The translations under genes were made by a program, and so were the position numbers. Below the pieces are notes generated by a model. The model was not told where the DNA came from and did no database searches. It saw nothing but the letters and a program-made list of their open reading frames with translations. From contig NC_067400.1 of the NCBI RefSeq assembly GCF_016432865.1, positions 612,126,001 to 612,190,000 on the forward strand: a stretch of 64,000 nucleotides of DNA, given 5' to 3'. Shown here one piece after another: positions 37,953 to 47,403 of the stretch. Origin of the DNA: Antechinus flavipes (taxonomy: Eukaryota). Every line of letters starts with the position of its first letter. Position 1 is the stretch's first letter.

Positions 37953-40900
37953 TTAGTAGATAGGGAAAATATAGTAAATAATGATGCCCAAGATGAAGGA
38001 TGAGATGGAAAAGTAGAGAGCACCTTCTCTGTCAGAATATCTCTAGGGAAGAACAAAGGCAATGTGTAAAGGGAGGATGTGTATGTGTTTGTGGAGGGGG
38101 TGACTGAGTCAGGGGCAGGACTCAGACAAAGATAGGGCCAAACTTAGGGGGATTACGTGGGGATGGGGAACCTGAAGAAAAGAATAGATTATAGAGGGAG
38201 TTGGATATATGAGTTGTTTGTCCTTTGTTCTCAAAGAGAACCAGGATATCAGGAAGGTGACACCATGACTTTCTCTAGTGAATTGGGATTTAAGTGAGGC
38301 AAGACTGGCCAGTCTCATCTTTCTCCTCTGAAGATATCTGAGTCTAGTGGCAATAGGAGAGAGTGGAGAGGGTTGGGGATTGGTAGTCTGAGGAAGGGGC
38401 AGGTGGGTCAAAAAGGGGTCCCACTTGTAGAGAGCAGGGCACTGTCATGATGCCAAGGGCAGACAGAAAAGGAAAGAGTAAATGGAGTAGACCAAATAAT
38501 CCTTCTCTGCTGGCGACTTCATCACCACCATCATAGCCATCATTTGGAGTTACTCCTTCCCCACCTTGAATAGGAATGGGCGGGTAGATGTGGGAGAAGG
38601 GCAAGGAAGGGAAACACCCACAGCTATGGTCCCCATCCCAGCAGTTCTGCACCAGCCAAAGGTCTTCCTTGCTTATTTCCTAGCCTGGATTAGTTGACTA
38701 CAACCCAACAGGACCCCACCCAGGCTCTCTATTACCCTCTTCATCTTAACCCTCTCTCCTATAGGAGAATGGGAGGCTGGTGATTTTGCACAGCCCTACC
38801 TCACTTAAATCCAATTCACATGACATCATCTTCCGGCTGTCATGGTCCTTTTTTTAGAATGAAGAACAAATCTCCTCATATCCTCTTTTTGCTCCAATTC
38901 CTCCTCACCCGAATCTTTATTCCCCAAAGTTCTCATAATGCCCCATATAACACTGCTGAAATCCCGTTTCACTCTTTGCTGTGTCATTTCCTCGTATCCC
39001 CCAATATTTCTCATTTGACCCTCATATTAAACCCCTAATTCCCATCCCCTTATATCCTTCCTAATAATTTCCATTCTAGCCCCACTCAACATCTCCATTC
39101 ATCTTCTATAATTTGGCTTATTCTAGCCTCCAAATAATCTTTCAGCCCATCCATTCTCTCCCTTGTATACCCTATAAAAATGCCTTAACATAGGCACAAG
39201 ATGTATCCAAAATCATCAGCCTAGAAGTTGGGAGGTGAGGGAAAACCCACATACAATTTCCTGGATCACAAATTAAAGTGTGTGTATGTGTGTGTGTGTG
39301 TGTGTGTGTTGTGTTGTGTGTCTTAGTGAATAGGAATTGAGTAACTTACTTTACAGGGGAAGAGAACCCCAAGTTTCCTGGTTTTCTGAAAAGAGAAAGA
39401 GAGAAGGAAGGGGCCCTTAGACTGGAAGAGGGGCCAGAACTCTCAATGGGGATGCCTTGGAGAGCTCTAAGAGGGGACAGATGTGGAAGCTGTGATGGCC
39501 AGTATGGGAGGAGGGGCTAGGGGAGCGGTGGAGAAGGGGGAAAGAGCTAAGTTTAATAATGTCTACTTCTCCAAAGGAAGAGGGGCCCAAGGTTTCTGTT
39601 GGAAGAGGAGAATTTTTAGTTAGGAAAAGCTATAAGCATGTTTACTGAATAATGAAAGATTTTAGAATGAATGAACTAAGGAAGGAAGAATAGTGGAATA
39701 GGAAATATATGTTTATGGGGGAACAAAGATGGGGCAGGTCAAGGCTAGGAGCAGCTAAATTAAGTTTGGGGATGGGTGGAGAGCTGGGAAGATTTAAAAT
39801 GAGAAAGCTAAAAGCTTGAGAAATGGAGGGAAGATTTATTAAATACTTGCATGTCTGGTGCTTTGTTAGTCTGGGAAACAAAACAAAATAAAATTCAGAT
39901 CTTTCATTCCACTGGAAGTTGGAAAATTGTGATGAATGAATCAATGAATGGATGAATGGATCCCTAAACTTCTGGGGTCCAGCTCTCCAAATGTTTCCAT
40001 TTTCACTGGCTGGCCAGAGCCAGATAATCAGAGCCAAGGACTTTTCAAGCTTTTGCCGCTCCCACCTCCATCTCTCCTCTGGTGGGCACACTGGCCCTGG
40101 GCCGTTCCACACCCCTTCTTGGTGCCTCCCAGCCAAGGGAGCTAGTAAACGGACTCAGGAAGCAGGGTGGGAGGGGATGTGCCTCACAGCTCACCAAGAG
40201 GGAAGGGAGAACAGCAGGAACTCCTTCTAGGACTAGGTGGGTGGGGGAGGTCCCGTCCAGGGCCAGTGTCTCTCTGGGGAAGTCCCCCTTACTGTCTGAC
40301 CATCATCCTCCGTGCCCCAGCGTCACCTCACGTGGCAGGACGGAAATTCTGGCGTGTGGGGCCTGGGCGATTGCTTCTCAAGCTCTATTTTTAGCTGCAG
40401 CCCAGCGACCCTTGCCCTAGGACCCCCGCCCAGGGACCTGTGCCTGGAGCCATCCTTCAGGCTGGTCTGTCAGCCCAAGGAAAGGATAAATGGAGCCCCC
40501 CCACTTATCCCACAGGACCCCAGGCCTGCGTAGTTGTCCCTCGGGAGAGAACCCAAGCATCCAATATCCTAGTCACTATGATCCCTGCTGTTGCTTGCCT
40601 CCAGCTTCTGGCTGCAGTAGTGGCAGGTGAGTGGGATCGGGAGCGGCACTGTGTCAGTCCCAGAGGAACTGGGGCTATCAGAGACTGGATTTGGACTCCT
40701 GAGTCCCTCAGGGGTTAAAGGATGGGAGGCTGAGATGACTCATCTCTGGGTCTCCTTGGGGCTGGGGGTGTCGAACAGGGAGTCTGGCTCTCCTCAGGGT
40801 TAGGGTGTCCAGAGATAGGCGGGTTGGAACCTCAGGGCTGGGATCAATAGGCGGGATCGGACTCCTGGGTCCTTGAGAGATTGGCAGCCATCTAAGTGGG

Positions 40901-43836
40901 TGTGGGGGTGATTGAGGTGACCCTACCCGGGCCAGGGGTCGCCCAGCCATGTTCATTACCCCTTGCAGTGGCAGTTCTGGGCAGATTCGAGTTCCTGACC
41001 ATCATCCCGGGCTGGAGACCTTTACCTGGGCACCTCCTATTATTCATCTGCAAAGGTAAAAGAGCGCTCCCAACTCTCTCACCCGGGACCTCTCGAGTCT
41101 GTCCCCCTGTAGTCTCCTCCCCTTGCTCCCCACTTGCCTCTCCCTCGCTCTTCTGTTCTTCGGATGGGCCTATCCGTTATTGGCAGTGTCTGGTGGGGAA
41201 GTCGAGGCTGCCTTCACTGGCTGGCATCGGATGGGGAAGAGGTGACTGTCCCCCTTCTCCGCCGAGCCCATCTACGAGGCTTCCATGGGGCTGCGGGTGA
41301 TCCTGAGTGAGCCAGCTCAGGGTGGGACCCTGAAGTGTGTAGCGGAGACTGGAGACGACGGGGAGGAGACGCCCGAGATTCAGCTCCGAGCCATTGGTGC
41401 GTGCGTGGGGGGAGGGGGGGAGTGAGGGGGGAGAAGCTCTGAAGATGGAACTCGAAGGGATTGTGGGGAAGGCCTCGGGAGATCACCAGGAGAATGCGAA
41501 AGGCGCAGGCCCCTTCTACTCGGGGTTTGGGAAATGGGGGATACCTGCGGGGCTCTATGTGAAACACGGGGGGAGAGGGGGAAGCCTTGAGATTGTGAAA
41601 CATGGCAGGAAATAAGAGATGGAGTCCTGGTGGGGCAGGGGGTGAAGAAAGAGGGATTCCAGTAGAAAAGTCCCCAAAGCTCCCCCTTTCCAACCTCCCT
41701 CCCTTCCCGCCCCGCAGAGAAGCCCCGGGTCCTTAGCCTTATCCTCAGTCCCCCCCCCCCCCCGTTGGGGAGGAGGGCTCTGTCGCAGAGCTGCAGTGCA
41801 AGGTGTCGGGGATCCCCGGCCCAACATTACCTGGGAGCATCAGGGCTTGATCCTGGGAGATCAGGGTGAGTGAGGAGCTGGAGACCCGGATGCCAGGGTC
41901 CCCGGGCTGGGGGGAACGGCAGGGGGCGGAGGCTGGACAGCTCCCGGAGGGAGCTCGGAGCTGGATATTTAGGTCTCTTCTGATCCCTTAGGTCGGGTGA
42001 CAGTGCAGGGTGAGACTGATTATCCGAGAGCGGGAGCCGTCGGATGCCGGGGTTTACACTTGCGAGGGGTCCATAGCCGAGCGCACGGAGAGCGCAGGGG
42101 AAGATGAGAGTGACTTGTGAGCAGACAGCGGGCGGCGGGGGGGACACAGCTCCGGTGTGGGGGTGTCCTTAACCTTTCGGGAGCAGTTCATACTCCCACT
42201 CTCTCCTTTCCCTTCCGCCTCTCAGTCCGTCCCCGACTGGAGGGACCCAAGGGGAACGCGGTGTGGCCGCGCCGGGGACGGCTAACCACCCTGACCGTGT
42301 GGGTGCACGGGGAGCCGCTCCCGGAGCTCAGCCTCTTTGGAGTGGGAGCAGCCTCCAGGAAATTCACCAGGGGGCGCCACACACACGCACCTTCCAGGTG
42401 AGTGTATTGGGGTCTGCGTCCCCGGGGCGGTGGGATCTGGGGAACAGGCCCAAGAGCTAAGCTTCCCTCCCGTTTCTCTCCTGCTGCCTCAGTTCACCCC
42501 TAAGGAGGAGACAGATTTCACCCAGTGAAGTTCCTGGCCTCCAATCCCTTTGGCACCTCGGAACTGGAGATCCGGGTGCTGGTAGGTGAGCCCGAGGCTG
42601 AGCATCCGAACCCCGAAATCTGCGTCCCTTCCTCTCCTGAGTTTTCTGAATCCTTAAGGGAGTGGCGATGCGGGCTTTATTTGGAGCTGGGGGTTCTCCT
42701 CCTCATTCCTTGTCACTTTATCTTTTGGACTCAGTATCAGGGACTTTCAAGCACTGAGTTTTGATGAGCTTGGGAGCCTGGAAGCCTGAGTGTCTGAAGG
42801 CGAAGGAGCCTCTCAGGCGGGGTGGCGGAGCCGCAATTGTTGAGGGTGTGGGGATCCAGGATACCAGTGTCCTTAAAGAGGGGAGCCAGGAGGTCTAGAA
42901 TAAACGACTTCTCCTTTCCCTCTCCCCCAAAAATCTGCGGGTGCATTGATTTCCTTTTTCCTTCTACCCTCTCCCCCCAGAGTCACCCTCCACAGTGCTG
43001 GGTCTTGGGGCCATTTCAGGGCTTGCTTTGGCCCTTCTACTCATCCTGGCCTTGGAAGTAGACGCCCTGTGCTGCTACTCTCGACGTGTGGGGACTATTT
43101 GCCCCGGCTTCCCATTGCTTTTAAGAGAGAGCAGGACGGGAATGGTGAGCCGGGCTGAGAGGGGGAGGAGCAGGAAAAGCGTGGGGGAGGAGGGCGGGAG
43201 GAGGACCGCCTCTGGTCCCAGCCGGAGGCACCCGGACTGACCCCAGTCCTTTCTCTCCTCAGCGCGTGGCAAGGATTCTTCCCCAGAAAAGCATTCCCGC
43301 TAGAGTCTCTGGGCTTGGAGCCTGGATACTGTGGTCTGGTGATGGTTGGGAAATTGAGGGGAGAGGTGAAAGGGGGGTTGTTCCAACTCCCAATAAAGTT
43401 TATTTTATGGCTTTCCTGGNNNNNNNNNNNNNNNNNNNNNNNNNNNNNNNNNNNNNNNNNNNNNNNNNNNNNNNNNNNNNNNNNNNNNNNNNNNNNNNNN
43501 NNNNNNNNNNNNNNNNNNNNNNNNNNNNNNNNNNNNNNNNNNNNNNNNNNNNNCCGCAGCTCCCTAAAAGGGACTTTGTTTAATGCCTGAATTTGCAAAA
43601 ATGCAAGGTCTGAGCCCTCAATTACCTGGAACCCTGCGGGGAGTGGTGGGGCCAGGCAGCTGTGAATCAGCATATTTGGGGTTGGGAACTGGAGTCCCGG
43701 TAGGAAGGGATGAGCTGGTATAGGAAGACCAGCCTTGCATTGTGTCAGTGAGGTGTTGGAGGGCGAAGCTGGGGCCCCTGGAGAAGCCTGAGAAGGATGA
43801 GAGGGGGATGAGAGGGGGAGGGGGCTTGGGGTTCAT
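37953..43836 (-). CDS. CD225/dispanin-family gene (PMIS2/PRRT1-like), 3 putative coding exons, with an internal compensated frameshift
   Basis: Exon A 43626-43836 (MNPKPPPP...RRVP, phase-1 donor GTAATT). Exon B 38425-38564 (strong acceptor; alternate frame reads MVVMKSPAEKDYLVYSIYSFLFCLPL, main frame resumes LGIMTVPCSLQ; phase-0 donor). Exon C 37953-38042 (RYSDREGALYFSISSFILGIIIYYIFPIY*). AATAAA on - at 37737-37742. A+B+C = 441 nt, open (146 aa). The A-to-B link rests on phase match only. Confidence 0.7.
38210..38355 (+). mobile_element. Marsupial RTE-related SINE fragment in the dispanin last intron
   Basis: gttgtttgtcctt...gtgaattgggatttaagtgagg...tctagtggcaa pattern; a longer copy lies at about 27940-28280. 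Confidence 0.7.
39277..39322. repeat. (GT)n microsatellite
   Basis: Direct reading. Others at 37635-37665 (GC/AC), 46143-46190 (TG/TA) and about 6990-7045. Confidence 0.9.
40578..43303 (+). pseudogene. NCAM-family Ig gene (SP-Ig-Ig-Ig-TM), frameshifted in this sequence: pseudogene or intact gene with consensus errors
   Basis: Exons 40578-40626, 40969-41055, 41187-41396, 41718-41865, 41992-42116, 42226-42397, 42493-42585, 42981-43144, 43263-43303; all 8 introns GT-AG; stop TAG 43301-43303; AATAAA 43392-43397. Restored: MIPAVACLQLLAAVVA..LFICKVSG..WLASDGEEVT..GTLKCVAETGDDG..ELQCKVSGIP.PNITWEHQG..RVTVQ..LIIRE..SDAGVYTCEG..RPRLEGP..FTPKEETDF..ASNPFG..LGLGAISGLALALLLILALEVDALCCYSRRCG. Recalled NCAM1/2 counterparts: [75 protein letters not shown]. 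Confidence 0.9.
41150..43270. promoter_or_regulatory. CpG-rich island over the NCAM-like gene body
   Basis: Visibly dense CpG compared with the CpG-poor flanks; not quantified. Confidence 0.6.
43420..43553. other. Assembly gap (134 N)
   Basis: Run of N. Confidence 1.
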
Positions 43837-44836
43837 GTCCCTGCACTGAGAGGGTTATGATCAGTGAGGAGCTGACCTTTGATTGATTGACACTTCCTCT
43901 ACTCCCAAAAGATCAGCACTTTGCTGATTTATTTGCTTTGCAATAGAGAATTGTCTTTGAGTCTCTCTGAGTGATGGCCGCCTGAACACAGAGCCAACAT
44001 CAATGAAAGCATAAAAAGCATGTATTAAGTGATTTCTATGTGCCAATCACTGAGGTATAAATATAAAAGCCAAGGCCATCTTTTACTTCGAGAAGATCAC
44101 ATTTTAATGGGAAAATAGACAGTGACATTGGACTTAAAGATTTCAGGGGTGGTGAGTAAGGCCAAAGGGAAGTAGGTTGACACACCCCATCCAGGGACAG
44201 TGGTAGAGTTGATTTAATCATAGTTCATTCATGTTTCCATTACTAAAGGAAGGGAGGGAAAAGAAGGGCTAAAAGGAAGTTGGGTTGAGGAGGAAACAGT
44301 GTTCTGAGAGAAGTGGTTAACAATCAGAATGTGTCATACACAGGTATACTTGAGTCTAGTCTTTTTGACATTATGTAGTATATAATGTCTCATTCCCTTC
44401 CTCCTCCCTTATTATTAAACCTAAATTTGCCTTTAGGGTCTGTGAGATTGTAGACACTATTATTATATATAATAGTATTTATTAATTATTATTAATTAAT
44501 GACCTGGAGACCTAGAAAGAAAAGGATCAAATAATTAATGACCTGAATTGAATCCCCAGCTCTGTCACCCCAGGACCTTGTAGCAGTCCCTTTTCCAATC
44601 TAAGCCTCAGTTTACTCTTCTGTACAATGAGAGGGATTATGCTCCTGTCCATCTAGAATAATTCGGATATAAAAATTTATTACATTACTTCATTATCTAA
44701 GTTATCTTTTAGCAAAATGTAGTTTTCCTGATTATTCCTTTTAATTAGATCTATTTTTGCTTTAGCTTTGTCTGACATCATGATTGCTCCCTCTACCTTT
44801 TTTCTTAAGTCAGCTGAAGCTTATTAAATTCTGATG

Positions 44837-45381
44837 TGTGAAAGGAAATTATAATTTTCATATTAACCTATATGATAAATATAATGAATATACTATTCAT
44901 TTAGATTTCTCAGAGCTGCTTTTTCTGGCTTGGCAGTCAGAAATACACAATCCAATTGAAAATTATCAATCAAACTGACAGTGGCTACATTCTTGTGCTG
45001 TACAACACCTGTGTGCGATAAGTGAAGCGAATCAAAGACTACTGCAAGCTGTTTGGGTCACGGAACCCTGGTTTTCTGCCCTGGGGGAGGGAGGGAACCC
45101 TCAAGATCTGAAACATTCAAAAGAATTGTTGTATTGTCTTTCTCTCTGGGGCTTGTGGGAAACTGCTCAAGCCCTGGGAATAATTGTATTTTAATCCACT
45201 TTTCCCCTCCCCACTTATGATCTATGTATACAATCTCTATTTTTACTTAACAAGTAAGGTCTCTTGCCCAGGAGAACTTCTGGTTTACAAGCTGCATTCC
45301 TCACTCTGAAAGTGATTAAATCGTATTTGAGCTTTAAAATGATGATAGAGTAAAATTTCAGCCCTTTTAAGGCTCATAACA
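44837..45381 (+). mobile_element. Solo LTR in L1
   Basis: TGTGAAAGG...CATAACA termini, ATTAAA 45315-45320; TSD imperfect. Confidence 0.6.
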
Positions 45382-46141
45382 GATCCGATTCTTTAACTCT
45401 GTGTATATCTTTCTGTTTCAAGTGTATATCTTTTTAAAAAATATTATTGTAGCTTTTTATTGACAAAACATACAAAACCTATGTATATGTGGGAAAATTT
45501 TCAACATTGACCCTTGCAAAATCTTCTGTTCCAAATTTTCCCCTTCTTCCCCCCATCCCCTCCCCTAGATGGCAGGCAGTCCCATACATGTTAAATATGT
45601 TAAAGTATATGTTAAATACAATATATGTATACATATTTATAGAGTTATCTTGCTACACAAGAAAGATTGGATTTAGAAAGAAGGTAAAAATAACCTGGGA
45701 AGAAAAACAAAAAATGCAAGCAAACAAGAGAAAGAGTGCAAATGCTATATTGTGGTCCACACTCATTTCCCAGTGTTCTCATGCTGGTTCTGTTCATCAC
45801 TGATCAATTGGAACTGATTTAGATCCTCACTGCCAAAGATAGCCATCAAGTGTATATCTTGTAAAAAATATAATGTTGGGTCCTGGTCTCAATTTATTCT
45901 GTTATCTGCTTTTGTTTTAACAGGTGAACTCACCCCACTCATAGTTATGATTACTAATTGTGTCATTTCCTCCATTCTGTTTTGTCCTTTTCTTCTCTCT
46001 CCTTTTATCTTGTCACACCTCAAAGGTTTCTTTAGCTTCTAAACATTACCTCCCTTAATCTGTCCTGCCTTTGTGTCATCTCTTTCTCATAACCCTTTCG
46101 TCTCCTATTTCACCATTGTTGTATTTCTACATACAATTGAA

Positions 46142-46193
<52 letters not shown>

Positions 46194-46768
46194 TCCATTT
46201 TAAAATCAACTTCAATGAGAGTGAGGTTCAAGAATTACCTGCCATCTCCCATCTCCCCCTCCCCCCACTATAAAAGGTATTCCTTGCATACATCTTGTAT
46301 GTGGAAAAATTTGCCCCATTCTACCTCTTTATTTTCCCTCCCAGTGTACCCCTTTTTCTCACCCCTTCACTTTTTCTGGAAATCATTCCAATATAATGCA
46401 CTCACATCTGCGCCCTCTGTTTATGTAAACTCTAACTGTGCTAATAATATGATAAATTTCTTAGGAGTTATTTGTATCATCTTTCCATATAGGAATGTCA
46501 ACATATTTATTGAGACCCTTATGATGATTCTTTCATGTTTACCTTTATAGGCTTCTCTTAAGTCTTGTGTTTGAATGTCAGATTTTTCTATTTAGTTCTG
46601 GTATTTTCATAGGAATGCTAGAAAAATCTTTATTTCATTAAATTTTCATTTCTCCCCTTAAAAGATTGTTCTCAGTTTTGCTGGGTAGTTGATTCTTGGT
46701 TGTATTCCTAGCTCCTTTGCCTTACAGAATATCGTATTCCAAGCCTTCTATTCCTTTAATATGGAAAC

Positions 46769-47403
46769 TGATGAGGTCTAGATTTGGGGTACCCAAATGA
46801 AAATGAGGTCTAGTGGCAGGTTCAGGTACAGAAAGTCAAATAGAGCTCCCCTGCAAACCCTTTGGATTCAGCGCAAGGATAGGGAGTTAAATGAGATCTA
46901 GTAGTGGCACAAGAGTCCCCTGTAAAGGAATTTACTTGATTGATAAAAGAGGTTTATTATGGGCATTGGAAGTAAGGTTAAAGTCTAGTTAAGGAAATGA
47001 GTGAGGATAAAGAGAAGAGGGCACTGGAAACAGTATTTCAGTGGGCAGAGACCCTTGGCGTGCCAAGCGTAGGGCTGGTATGTTTGGAGCCTCTGCAAAG
47101 AGAGGATTTTTAGTTTAGCTCTTTTTTAATGAGAGATTTAGCTAAAGGGGTCTGGGTGGAGTCTCAAGTTGGCTAAGATCCAATGGGGTTGTGAGAGCCC
47201 AAGTTGGGTCAGATCCTTGTGGGGGCTGGGACAAGCCCAGATCTCCTATTGGAATTCAAATGGGGGGCTTTTGACGAGGATTTGTGAATCAAAGGTCCTA
47301 GCTTCTTGAACTGATAATGCATCAGCTAGGAGGGGTTGGGAATCAGAAAGGAATAAATCAATCTAAAAGGACTAGTTTCTTAAAGGGACTACAACCCACT
47401 TCA
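46769..47403 (-). mobile_element. Solo LTR with 5-bp TSD (GAAAC)
   Basis: TG...CA termini; GAAAC at 46764-46768 and 47404-47408; AATAAA on - at 46953-46958; flanks rejoin as L1. Confidence 0.85.

Noticed and set aside
38300-38345. Possible dispanin middle exon TQISSEEKDETGQ
   Set aside because: The sequence belongs to an antisense RTE-SINE, and there is no donor in a phase compatible with exon C.
40312-41055. C-type lectin-like readings (GVWGLGDCFSSSIFSC; LLLFICK)
   Set aside because: FICK aligns to NCAM Ig1 FFLCQ at the same intron position. The upstream stretch precedes the signal-peptide exon and lacks supporting splice structure.
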